DNA of 52,966 nucleotides from Candidatus Saccharimonadota bacterium. GTDB taxonomy: Bacteria > Patescibacteriota > Saccharimonadia > Saccharimonadales > UBA4665. Below the pieces are notes generated by a model. It did not search any database, was not told the origin of the DNA, and saw only the letters and a program-made list of their open reading frames with translations. Shown here piece after piece: positions 1 through 8,587 of the stretch. The first letter of the stretch is position 1. Every line of letters starts with the position of its first letter. Location: contig JAICLK010000001.1 in assembly GCA_025927415.1 (NCBI GenBank), positions 1 to 52,966 of the forward strand. Direction: 5' to 3'. The translations under genes were made by a program, and so were the position numbers.

Positions 1-2037
1 CTGTAATTTTTCGGCGCCAATATTACTGGTCATAATGACAATCGTGTTTGTGAAGTCAATCTTGCGTCCCTTGGCGTCAGATAACACACCGTCTTCCAGG
101 ATTTGCAGCAGCATGTTAAAGGTGTCCGGGTGCGCTTTTTCAATCTCATCAAACAACACCAAACTGTAGGGCTGACGACGAATTTTATCGGTCAGCTGGC
201 CGCCATCATCGTATCCAACGTAACCCGCCGGCGCGCCAACCAAGCGAGAGACGTTGTGATGCTCGCCAAACTCGCTCATGTCGATTTTCACAAGCGCGTT
301 TTCGCTGCCGTAAAATTCGCGGGCCAGAACCCGGGCTAACTCGGTCTTACCCACACCAGTTGGACCCAGGAAAATGAAAGACCCGACTGGCCGCTTCTCA
401 CTGCCAATGCCCGAACGATTGCGGCGCACGGCTCGAGAGACAGCTTCTACTGCTTCCGGCTGGCCTATCACATATTTGCCTAACGTTTTTTCTAGATTTA
501 ACAGCGATTTTGCCTCCGAGCGAATCACTTTCGTCGCCGGCACACCGGTCATGCGCGAAACAATCTCAGCTACATCGTCAATGCTCATGGTAAGACGCTT
601 AGCGTTCTTGTTTGCAGTTTGCAGCTTGCCCAATTCTTCGCGGATTTGGCTGGCGCGCTGTTTTTCGCGGGCCGCCCGTTCGTAATCTTCGGCATCCACT
701 GCTTCTTCGATACGCGCGTTCACCAACTTTTGCTCTTTCTGCAAACGGCGGACTTCAGGCGAAGTCTTGCCTTTATCTACGCGCAGATGCGCGCCTGTTT
801 CGTCTAGCAAGTCGATTGCCTTGTCGGGCATAAACCGGTCGTTGATGTAGCGCTTGGACAAGTTGACGGTGTGCTCCAGCACGTCGTCGCTGATGGTCAC
901 GCCATGGAATTTTTCGTAATGCTTGCGCAAGCCTTTCAAGATGGCTAGTGTTTCCGGCACCGTTGCTTCGGGCACTTGGATAGGCTGGAAACGACGCTCC
1001 AGCGCGGCATCCTTTTCGATATGCTTGGTATATTCGACAGTAGTCGTTGCACCGATGAGCTGAATTTTGCCGCGAGCCAGCGCCGGCTTCAGAATGTTAC
1101 CGGCGTCCATAGAACCTTCGGCAGCACCTGCACCAACGATGAGATGCAGCTCATCGATAAACACGATACTTCGCTTGTCGGCCTCCAGCTCGCTCATTAC
1201 TTTTTTGAGTCGTTCTTCAAACTCGCCACGGAATTTGGTACCGGCAATCATGCCAGCAAGGTCGAGCATAATCACACGCTTGTCGAGCAAGCTATCTGGC
1301 ACATCCTCGGCAACGATGCGCTGTGCCAACCCTTCAACAATAGCCGTTTTGCCAACGCCAGGTTCGCCAATGAGCACCGGATTATTCTTCGTACGACGGT
1401 TCAAAATGGTAATCACACGACGCGTCTGATTTTCGCGGCCAACCACTGGGTCGAGTTTGCCCTTGCGAGCCTCGGCCGTCAGGTCGGTGCCAAACTGATC
1501 GAGCGCGCTTTTAGTGCGCGTCTTGGTTTTAGTGCGAACGCCGCCCATGCTCTCGCTATCCTCATCTTCGTATTGCTGGCGGTTCAGAAATTGCTCCAGC
1601 TCATTCATAAGACTCTCCACGTCCACGCCCATGTCGCGCAGCAGCACGGTCGCGCGGGCGTTTTTTTGTGTGAGGATGCTATACAGAATATGCTCGGTGC
1701 CACAGTACTCTTGGCCGTAATCTTGCGCGGTGTCATATGCCATTTTCAAGGTCAATTTGGCCGTTTCACTCAAACCTTTTGCGCCCATGTTCACTATTAT
1801 CGCTTTTGAGTTGAGTTTCATGGCAACCTGCGCTCGGTCGAATGTAACACCGCGATCTTCGAGGATCTTGGCACCCATACTTGTTGATTGCGCCGCCACG
1901 CCGAGCAAGAGGTGCTCGGTACCAACGTACGCGCTACCGAAACTGCGCGCAATCGCATCGGCATGCTTCAAACTACCCAACGCGTTGTTGGTTAGATGGT
2001 TCAAAAATTCATGGAAATCAGCACTATTTGGCATCAT
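1..2037 (-). CDS. clpC: ATP-dependent Clp protease ATP-binding subunit ClpC (AAA+ stress chaperone); C-terminus runs off the window start
   Basis: Absent from the ORF track because it is open at position 1. Minus-strand translation from ATG 2037 reads [15 protein letters not shown]... It has two Clp_N-type repeats and Walker A GEPGVGKT (NBD1) and GPTGVGKT (NBD2). The short UVR-like linker [22 protein letters not shown] fits ClpC rather than the long ClpB coiled coil. Confidence 0.9.
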   Translation of the reverse strand, partial: MMPNSADFHEFLNHLTNNALGSLKHADAIARSFGSAYVGTEHLLLGVAAQSTSMGAKILEDRGVTFDRAQVAMKLNSKAIIVNMGAKGLSETAKLTLKMAYDTAQDYGQEYCGTEHILYSILTQKNARATVLLRDMGVDVESLMNELEQFLNRQQYEDEDSESMGGVRTKTKTRTKSALDQFGTDLTAEARKGKLDPVVGRENQTRRVITILNRRTKNNPVLIGEPGVGKTAIVEGLAQRIVAEDVPDSLLDKRVIMLDLAGMIAGTKFRGEFEERLKKVMSELEADKRSIVFIDELHLIVGAGAAEGSMDAGNILKPALARGKIQLIGATTTVEYTKHIEKDAALERRFQPIQVPEATVPETLAILKGLRKHYEKFHGVTISDDVLEHTVNLSKRYINDRFMPDKAIDLLDETGAHLRVDKGKTSPEVRRLQKEQKLVNARIEEAVDAEDYERAAREKQRASQIREELGKLQTANKNAKRLTMSIDDVAEIVSRMTGVPATKVIRSEAKSLLNLEKTLGKYVIGQPEAVEAVSRAVRRNRSGIGSEKRPVGSFIFLGPTGVGKTELARVLAREFYGSENALVKIDMSEFGEHHNVSRLVGAPAGYVGYDDGGQLTDKIRRQPYSLVLFDEIEKAHPDTFNMLLQILEDGVLSDAKGRKIDFTNTIVIMTSNIGAEKLQ

Positions 2038-2079
2038 AAAAATCAACCTTTCGATAACGTTTGAGACGTTACTATCTCT

Positions 2080-2108
2080 ATAATACGAGATTGGCACTCC
2101 CATTGCAA
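2080..2108 (-). promoter_or_regulatory. Putative sigma-70-type clpC promoter: TTGCAA (2108-2103), 17 nt, TATTAT (2085-2080)
   Basis: Hexamers and 17-nt spacing were read on the minus strand. A ~35-nt leader follows, with an AAAGG SD 9 nt before ATG 2037. Confidence 0.5.
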
Positions 2109-2117
2109 GAGTGCCAA
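2091..2117. promoter_or_regulatory. CIRCE-like inverted repeat TTGGCACTC-N9-GAGTGCCAA (HrcA-operator type)
   Basis: Perfect 9-bp arms with a 9-nt spacer. It differs from the consensus TTAGCACTC-N9-GAGTGCTAA by one symmetric change per arm. It overlaps the -35 and spacer of the clpC promoter. Confidence 0.6.
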
Positions 2118-2229
2118 CTCAGAAAAGCGTAGGTTCTGTAGAACTGCGTCAACCGAAGTGTAACCCGGGCGAGTAAGCTTGCTCGGCCCTAAGCGCAGTT
2201 CTACAAAGTTCTAAAAAATGTACGAACGG

Positions 2230-3390
2230 TTACTCGCCGTGCTGTTCTATGGCGCTCAAGAGATCATTTTCAAGCTCGGTCTTTTTCTTGAGCTTTGGTT
2301 TCTGTGCAGCTGGGGTTGGAGTTGGTTGCTCGGCGGACGCAGCGCCGCCAACTTTTTCTGCCTCAATGTCCAGCTCGTAGCCAGTCAGTTTGCTGGCGAG
2401 ACGAACGTTTTGGCCGCTTTTGCCAATCGCAATACTCAGTTGGTCTTCCGGAACTTTGACTACGGCTTTCTTCTTCGCCTCATCGATGATTACTTTGCTG
2501 ACGCTCGTTGGGCTGAGTGCGTTGGTGATGTAGGCAGTCGGCTCTTCACCCCACACGATAATGTCGATCTTTTCCTGCTCGCCAACTTCGCTCATGACGG
2601 CGTTCACGCGCGTGCCATGGCCGCCAACGAAGGTGCCGACTGGGTCGACGCCGGGCACGTTGGATGCAACAGCAATCTTGCTGCGCACGCCAGCCTCGCG
2701 GGCAATGCCCTTAATTTCAACGGCACCGCTGTCCATTTCCGGCACTTCAGAACGAAACAGCCAGTCAATAAATTCTTTGTTGCCGCGGCTGACAACCAGC
2801 TGCGGACCACGGAAGTCGCGCTCGACATCCTTCAAGAAAACTTTCAGACGTTGGCCTGGGTAATAACGCTCACCCTGGATTTGCTCGCTGCGTGGCATAA
2901 TACCTTGCGCTTTGCCGAGGTCAAGACGGACGATGTTCGGCTCTACGCGAGTCACGCTGGCGTTGACGACAGTGCCGATTTTATCTTCAAACTCGGCCAT
3001 CACACGCTCGCGCTCAGCTTCTCGGAGGCGTTGCAGAATCACTTGCTTAGCAGTTTGTGCGGCAACACGACCGAAGGTTTCCACTTTTGCGTGGACTTCT
3101 TGTGTTTCGCCAAGTTTGGCGTTCTTGCGCATCACTTGCGCATCTTTCAGCGAAATCTCAAACGCAGGATTTTCCACGTTCTCAACAATTTCTTTTTCCA
3201 CGTATGCATCTACATCACCAGTGTTCAGGTTCATGGTTACCCGAACTTCCTGTTCGCGATCGCCATAGTCGCGGCGATATGCTGCGGCGAGCGCTTGCTC
3301 CACTACCTCTTTTACAGCCTCTTCTGGCAAGCTCTTTTCCTCGGCGATAGTGCGCAGGGCAAGCGCCAGCTGTTTCATGTCAAAGTCCAT
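2230..3390 (-). CDS. nusA: Transcription termination/antitermination factor NusA
   Basis: 386 aa. It has a NusA N-terminal region, an S1-like segment and KH motifs (e.g. SIAIGKSGQNVRLASKLTGYELDIE). SD is AAAGGAAA before the ATG. Confidence 0.95.
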   Translation of the reverse strand: MDFDMKQLALALRTIAEEKSLPEEAVKEVVEQALAAAYRRDYGDREQEVRVTMNLNTGDVDAYVEKEIVENVENPAFEISLKDAQVMRKNAKLGETQEVHAKVETFGRVAAQTAKQVILQRLREAERERVMAEFEDKIGTVVNASVTRVEPNIVRLDLGKAQGIMPRSEQIQGERYYPGQRLKVFLKDVERDFRGPQLVVSRGNKEFIDWLFRSEVPEMDSGAVEIKGIAREAGVRSKIAVASNVPGVDPVGTFVGGHGTRVNAVMSEVGEQEKIDIIVWGEEPTAYITNALSPTSVSKVIIDEAKKKAVVKVPEDQLSIAIGKSGQNVRLASKLTGYELDIEAEKVGGAASAEQPTPTPAAQKPKLKKKTELENDLLSAIEQHGE

Positions 3391-3424
3391 TAGTTTTCCT
3401 TTCTTTTATGTTGGGGTCTTTACG

Positions 3425-3448
3425 AAAAAAGCCGACCTGCCGGCCGAC
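3425..3448 (-). terminator. Intrinsic-terminator-like hairpin in the nusA 5' leader: GUCGGCC-GGCA-GGUCGGC followed by U6
   Basis: 7-bp stem with two G-U pairs on the minus strand; these would be A-C mismatches on the plus strand. U6 tract at 3430-3425. It lies between the predicted nusA promoter and the nusA SD. Confidence 0.45.
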
Positions 3449-3458
3449 CAATACTGTA

Positions 3459-3487
3459 ATAATAACAATCTTGCACACGGCTGTCAA
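3459..3487 (-). promoter_or_regulatory. Putative nusA promoter: TTGACA (3487-3482), 17 nt, TATTAT (3464-3459)
   Basis: Consensus -35, 17-nt spacer and a good -10, read on the minus strand. Confidence 0.55.
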
Positions 3488-3510
3488 ATCTCCATGCTAC
3501 TATATATAGA

Positions 3511-6093
3511 ATGAGTAAAAATGTGAGCCGTCTCTTCGGCCAATTTCAACCTGAAAACTACAATCTGACGTTCGACATCAATGAAGACACAATGCACTTT
3601 CGTGGCCGTGTGATTATTGATGGCAAGAAAGTCGGGCGGCCATCACAGCGCATTACACTCCATCAAAACGGCCTAAAAGTTACGAGTGCGCGCATGGTGA
3701 AGCACGGCAAAAAAGGCGAACAAGCGGAGCTGGCCGTTACCCGCATTAACAACCAAGACACGCTGCAGGAAGTACGATTGCACACCGAGAGCATGGTATA
3801 TGCAGGAAGATGCACGCTCACCCTGGAATTTGAAGCGCCACTAACTACCGGCATGACCGGCATCTATCCATGCTTTTTCAAAGATAGCGACACCGACAAG
3901 ATGCTGGTTGCAACCCAGTTCGAAAGCCACCACGCCCGCGAGGCGTTTCCGTGCATCGATGAGCCCGAGGCAAAGGCGATCTTCAACCTTACTTTGGTGA
4001 CACGGCCAAAAATCAGCACACTAGGCAACACCCCGATACAATCGCAGGAAGAAAAAGACGGCCGCATGACAACCACTTTCGAAGCAACACCACGCATGAG
4101 CAGCTACCTGCTTGCATTCGTAATTGGTGAGCTTCACAGCAAGTCCACCAAAACCGCACGTGGTACCGATGTAAACGTTTGGGCCACCGTAGCGCAACCC
4201 GTCGACAGTCTCAACTTTGCGCTGGATGTGGCGAAGCGCAGTATCGAATTCTTTGAAGAGTACTTTGATATCAATTATCCATTGCCAAAAGCCGACCACG
4301 TTGCCTGTCCAGACTTCAGCTCTGGCGCCATGGAAAACTGGGGACTCATCACCTACCGCGAAGCCGTGCTGCTGGCGTACCCAGGCGAGACGGCACAAAG
4401 CACGCTGGAGCGCATCGCCCTCGTAATAGCGCACGAAACCAGCCACCAATGGTTCGGCAACCTCGTGACAATGCAATGGTGGAACGACCTCTGGCTCAAC
4501 GAAAGTTTCGCCAATATGATGGAATACCAAGCCGTTGACGCCATGTTCCCCGAATGGCATATTTGGAACGAGTTTGTCGCCGCCGAAGGCTTGAGTGCAT
4601 TACGTCGCGACGCCGTAGCCGGCGTACAAGCCGTGCGGACTGACGTTCATCATCCAGACGAAATCAGTACGCTCTTCGACCCGTCAATTGTCTACGCCAA
4701 AGGCGGCCGCCTGCTGTACATGCTGAAAAACTACGTTGGCGAAGACGCTTTTCGCACTGGACTCAAAAAATATTTCGAGACACACAAATATGGCAATACT
4801 GAAGGCGCCGATCTGTGGGCAGCACTGAGCGAGGCCAGCGGCAAGGACATTGCCAGCTTCATGAATCCATGGCTGACGCGCAGCGGTTTTCCAGTGGTTA
4901 GCATCTCACAAAAGGATGCTAAGCTCACTATCACCCAGCAGCACTTCTTGGACAATCCAGAGAAAGCCGACCCAGAGCGACTATGGCCAGTACCGCTTTT
5001 TGCGAGCGACAAAGAACTGCCGGCAATGCTCGATAATCGTGAGCTCGTCGTACCCGTGCAAGGTGCCGAGCCAATTCTGCTCAACACGGAAGCACGCGGC
5101 CATTACATCGTAAATTATGTCGACAATGCGCATCGCGCCGCACTCGGCAAGCTCATCGAAACACAAGCCATTTCCAGCAGCGACCGGCTCATGCTCCTCA
5201 ATGGTGCCAGCATGTTGGCGCGTTCCGGCTTGCGCAGTTATCGGCATGTGCTAGAACTGCTTGCATCATATCGTAACGAAACGGCCGAGCCAGTGTGGGA
5301 TATTATGGCACTCGTCATCGGCGAAACTCGGCGGTTCATCGACATGGAAAACTCACTGGACGACGCAATCAAACCATTCGTCGATAAACTCGTTACCAAA
5401 CAAGTGCAGCGGCTTGGCTGGGAGCAGGCAGAGGATGAGCCGTCCGCTGACACCAAATTGCGTGCGCTCGTTTTGGGCCTCAGCGCGTATACCGAAAACC
5501 CTGCAACCGTCAAAAAAGCAACCGAGCTCTTTGCCGCGTATCAAAAAGCTAGCGCCAGCGTACCATCAGAATTACGTACACTCGCGTTCATTATACCGAT
5601 TAAAAACGGCGACGATGCCGCATTTGACTACCTTATAAAACTGCACGACAGCACGCAAAATAGTGAACTGCGGGGCGACGCATGTGACGCGCTAACCGCC
5701 ACTCGCCAGCCGGAAAAAGCCAAGCTTTTACTTAACCGACTCACCGATGCCAAGCTTGTCAAACCGCAAGACGTCGACCGCTGGCTGGCGTATTTGCTCC
5801 GCAACCGCTTTACCCGCAATACAGCCTGGGACTGGATGGTTACCAACTGGCACTGGTTGGAAAAAACGTTCAAGAACGACAAGAGCTACGACTATTTGCC
5901 GCGCTATGCTGCAGGCTGCGTGAACACACGCGAATACCAGCAAAAATTCCACGATTTATTCGACAGCAAGCAAGACCAGCCCTTACTCACCCGCAACATC
6001 CAGCTCGGTTTCGAAGAAATCGAAACCCGCCTCGCCTGGCTCGAGCGCGACCTTGCGCAAATTCAGGCTTTCTTCAAAGAAGCTCGTCAATAA
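3511..6093 (+). CDS. pepN: Aminopeptidase N (M1 family zinc metallopeptidase)
   Basis: 860 aa. GAMEN exopeptidase motif (SGAMENWG) and zinc site HETSHQWFGNLV...WLNESFA. Confidence 0.9.
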   Translation: MSKNVSRLFGQFQPENYNLTFDINEDTMHFRGRVIIDGKKVGRPSQRITLHQNGLKVTSARMVKHGKKGEQAELAVTRINNQDTLQEVRLHTESMVYAGRCTLTLEFEAPLTTGMTGIYPCFFKDSDTDKMLVATQFESHHAREAFPCIDEPEAKAIFNLTLVTRPKISTLGNTPIQSQEEKDGRMTTTFEATPRMSSYLLAFVIGELHSKSTKTARGTDVNVWATVAQPVDSLNFALDVAKRSIEFFEEYFDINYPLPKADHVACPDFSSGAMENWGLITYREAVLLAYPGETAQSTLERIALVIAHETSHQWFGNLVTMQWWNDLWLNESFANMMEYQAVDAMFPEWHIWNEFVAAEGLSALRRDAVAGVQAVRTDVHHPDEISTLFDPSIVYAKGGRLLYMLKNYVGEDAFRTGLKKYFETHKYGNTEGADLWAALSEASGKDIASFMNPWLTRSGFPVVSISQKDAKLTITQQHFLDNPEKADPERLWPVPLFASDKELPAMLDNRELVVPVQGAEPILLNTEARGHYIVNYVDNAHRAALGKLIETQAISSSDRLMLLNGASMLARSGLRSYRHVLELLASYRNETAEPVWDIMALVIGETRRFIDMENSLDDAIKPFVDKLVTKQVQRLGWEQAEDEPSADTKLRALVLGLSAYTENPATVKKATELFAAYQKASASVPSELRTLAFIIPIKNGDDAAFDYLIKLHDSTQNSELRGDACDALTATRQPEKAKLLLNRLTDAKLVKPQDVDRWLAYLLRNRFTRNTAWDWMVTNWHWLEKTFKNDKSYDYLPRYAAGCVNTREYQQKFHDLFDSKQDQPLLTRNIQLGFEEIETRLAWLERDLAQIQAFFKEARQ

Positions 6094-6418
6094 AATTTTC
6101 TATTTCGAACGTTGCGCCCGCAACTTCGGCCGCAGCTAGTTGGTAGTCGCCTTGCCACTCGTGGTCGGCTACCCAGGCTTCAGCAGCAAAACGCATTTGG
6201 CGAAGTTTTTGCGATGTAATGTAATCCAGGCCACTGCCTTGATTCGCATTCCGGCGGTATTTTACTTCAACAAAATACACTCTTCTGTCCTTCTGGGCGA
6301 CAATGTCGATTTCGCACCAACGCGTGCGCCAATTTTGCTCAAGCATTTTGTAGCCACGCTGCCTCAAATAGTCGGCAACTGCAGCTTCGGCTTGGTGACC
6401 AGTGTCGGTTGTGGTCAT
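6074..6418 (-). CDS. yraN: YraN/UPF0102 family endonuclease-like protein
   Basis: 114 aa. GHQAEAAVADYL...CEIDIVA...VYFVEVKYRR is typical of UPF0102. Its 3' end overlaps the pepN 3' end by 20 nt (convergent). Confidence 0.8.
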   Translation of the reverse strand: MTTTDTGHQAEAAVADYLRQRGYKMLEQNWRTRWCEIDIVAQKDRRVYFVEVKYRRNANQGSGLDYITSQKLRQMRFAAEAWVADHEWQGDYQLAAAEVAGATFEIENFIDELL

Positions 6419-6966
6419 GCCAGAACTTCACGTACGGGTGCGTAACTTCGTCGATGTAATTCGCACACGCCATGCAGATGCAGCATTTCTTTATGTAATT
6501 TCGTTCCGTAGCCGACGTGTTTTTCAAAACCGTAAACGGCGTATTGCTTGGCGGCTTCACGCATCCAGTTGTCGCGCGCTACTTTGGCAACAATCGAGGC
6601 GGCGCTAACGGCTGGAACGCTAGCATCCGCCTTTACAAGCGCGTGCGCCCTGGGATTGTTCTCTAGAAAATTGTAGTTGCCGTCGATGATGATTTCGGTA
6701 TATGGTTGGCTGATTTCGCTGAGTGCGCGCTGCATTGCAAGCCGAACTGCTTCGGTGAGACCTAGCTCGTCTACTTCGACTGGAGCAACCCAGCCTAAGC
6801 CAACGGCAGCAACCTTCCTAATTGCTACATCAAGCTGTTCGCGCTGCAAGCGATTCAGCTGCTTGGAATCTGCAAGCCCCGGTATGGGCTTTTTCAATAA
6901 GACTGCGCCAGCTACTAGTGGTCCGGCCCAACTGCCACGACCCACTTCATCAATCCCCACAATCAT
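6415..6966 (-). CDS. rnhB: Ribonuclease HII
   Basis: 183 aa. The N-terminus MIVGIDEVGRGSWAGPLVAGAV carries the catalytic DEVGRG. ATGA overlap with yraN. Confidence 0.9.
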   Translation of the reverse strand: MIVGIDEVGRGSWAGPLVAGAVLLKKPIPGLADSKQLNRLQREQLDVAIRKVAAVGLGWVAPVEVDELGLTEAVRLAMQRALSEISQPYTEIIIDGNYNFLENNPRAHALVKADASVPAVSAASIVAKVARDNWMREAAKQYAVYGFEKHVGYGTKLHKEMLHLHGVCELHRRSYAPVREVLA

Positions 6967-7017
6967 AAAACCAGTGTATCATGAAGAAACCGGCACGGTG
7001 TGCTTTGGGTACAGAAC

Positions 7018-7044
7018 AAAAAAACCGGCCGAGAGGCCGGTTTT
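7018..7044 (-). terminator. Rho-independent terminator after rplS (also reads as a hairpin on the plus strand)
   Basis: CCGGCC-GAGA-GGCCGG stem-loop flanked by A7 (7018-7024) and T4 (7041-7044). On the minus strand the stem is followed by U7-8. Confidence 0.75.
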
Positions 7045-7063
7045 GGAACTTCACTTTAGTAGC

Positions 7064-7588
7064 TTATTTTGCAGCTTCGTCGTGAGCAGCCTTGGCGGCA
7101 GCGACTTTCGCTTCAACCTCTGCCTCTTCGGCGGCCTTCTTGGCGGCTTCAGCTTCAGCTGCTGCAGCTTTTTCGGCCGCCAGCTTCGCTTCTTCCTCTT
7201 CTGCCTTTTTATCAACGACAGTGTTTACTGCGTCGCGATCGAAGTCAACGCCAGTTAGACGGGCAGCTTTGCCAGTCCGCTCGCGCATGTAGGTGAGGTA
7301 GTTGCGGCGAACCTTGCTTCGCTTCGTAACTTCAACTTTTAGTACCAGTGGGCTGTGCAGCAAAAAGCTCTTTTCCACGCCGACACCACTCGCAATACGG
7401 CGAACAGTAATACGGCTGGTAGGCGAGCTCTTGCGGTCGGTGCGAATCACCAAACCTTGGAAAATCTGCACACGTTCTTTGTTGCCTTCGCGAATTTTCT
7501 GGTGCACTTTAACCGTGTCACCGCTGCGAACATCAACAACCGCGCCTTTTTTAAACTGGTTTTCAAATTTTTGGACAATAGATTCCAT
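7064..7588 (-). CDS. rplS: 50S ribosomal protein L19 with a ~63-aa Ala/Glu/Lys-rich C-terminal extension
   Basis: The L19 core reads RSGDTVKVHQKIREGNKERVQIFQGLVI...RRIASGVGVEK. The tail KKAEEEEAKLAAEKAAAAEAEAAKKAAEEAEVEAKVAAAKAAHDEAAK is not part of canonical ~115-aa L19. Confidence 0.95.
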   Translation of the reverse strand: MESIVQKFENQFKKGAVVDVRSGDTVKVHQKIREGNKERVQIFQGLVIRTDRKSSPTSRITVRRIASGVGVEKSFLLHSPLVLKVEVTKRSKVRRNYLTYMRERTGKAARLTGVDFDRDAVNTVVDKKAEEEEAKLAAEKAAAAEAEAAKKAAEEAEVEAKVAAAKAAHDEAAK

Positions 7589-7628
7589 AACTAGTAATAA
7601 ACCTTACACTAATTTTTGCGTTAATGCA

Positions 7629-7657
7629 AGTATACCACACCTGTTAATGTCGCGCAA
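7629..7657 (-). promoter_or_regulatory. Putative rplS promoter: TTGCGC, 17 nt, (TGg)TATACT
   Basis: Read on the minus strand. It includes an extended -10 TG and a ~40-nt leader with TAAGG before ATG 7588. Confidence 0.4.
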
Positions 7658-7808
7658 ATACGTTTTGGTAAACATACGACCGATTAGCCAAGCTCGCGCT
7701 CGAAAACGTAAATTGGTTGAAAGGTAAAAACGCCGCATTTAAGCCCTGAACACACTCATCCAAGACCCACCACGATAAAATCGCTACAGACGCATTTGAT
7801 CCCAGCAT

Positions 7809-7837
7809 TTTACAAACAGCTTCCAGCGCAATAGTAT
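7809..7837 (+). promoter_or_regulatory. Putative promoter TTTACA, 17 nt, TAGTAT, ending 6 nt before ATG 7844 (leaderless layout)
   Basis: Hexamers and spacing were read directly. There is no SD between the -10 box and the ATG. Confidence 0.5.
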
Positions 7838-7843
7838 ACATAT

Positions 7844-8587
7844 ATGCAGAGTATCCAGACTCACGATTACACTCTCGAACTCAACGGTGATCCAACTCCT
7901 TGGCGACTTTTCGTCCCAAAGGATGCCACTAAAAACTATTGCGTACTGTGGCTACAAGGCTTTACGAGCACAATCGAAGGCCACACCGAGGGTATTTTGC
8001 GCATGGCGCAGCAAACCGACACCGCTTTTGCCATACTCAATTATGCTGGCCATGGCAACCATCCCATCAAACTGGACGATGCAACACGCGCCCAGCAACT
8101 GCGTGAAGTTGTTGGCGTGTACGACGAGTTGGCTAAACGAGGATACGAAAAGATACTGGCGATTGGCGGCAGCTTTGGCGCATACATGGCCGCACTTTTG
8201 GCTGCGGAACGCCCGCTAGCCACGATTGTACTTCGAGCACCAGCTATTTATGACGATACTGAATTCGAGCTACCCTACCGTGAAACGCGGAGCGCCAAAA
8301 CCGAAGAACGCAAAGACATGTGGCGAGATTCCGTTAAATCCAGCACGCCAAACAAAGCCTTACAGGCAGTTCGAAATTTTACAGGTAACACGTTCGTAAT
8401 TGAACACGAGTTTGACCACATTATTAATCCAGCGGTCCCAAGAGCATACTTCGCGGTTGCCAAACACCCCAACTACATCGTTATACGTGACTGCGACCAT
8501 TCACCAAAACTTATGGCAAACCCTGAGGCATATTTCGCTATTATCGAACGCTGGCTTGTGACTATTATCCAAAATACGCGGGCTTAA
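7844..8587 (+). CDS. Alpha/beta-fold hydrolase (serine hydrolase, family not resolved)
   Basis: 247 aa. Nucleophile elbow GGSFG, with candidate Asp/His in EHEFDHII and DCDHSP. Confidence 0.6.
   Translation: MQSIQTHDYTLELNGDPTPWRLFVPKDATKNYCVLWLQGFTSTIEGHTEGILRMAQQTDTAFAILNYAGHGNHPIKLDDATRAQQLREVVGVYDELAKRGYEKILAIGGSFGAYMAALLAAERPLATIVLRAPAIYDDTEFELPYRETRSAKTEERKDMWRDSVKSSTPNKALQAVRNFTGNTFVIEHEFDHIINPAVPRAYFAVAKHPNYIVIRDCDHSPKLMANPEAYFAIIERWLVTIIQNTRA

Noticed and set aside
976-1809. 277-aa plus-strand ORF (plus several shorter ones) at the window start
   Set aside because: They are antisense to the clpC reading frame, which carries Walker A/B and Clp_N motifs. No motifs or SD support the plus-strand ORFs.
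2218-3393. 391-aa plus-strand ORF spanning the whole nusA locus
   Set aside because: It is an exact antisense shadow of nusA. The sequence is low-complexity and unlike real proteins, while the minus-strand product has clear NusA motifs.
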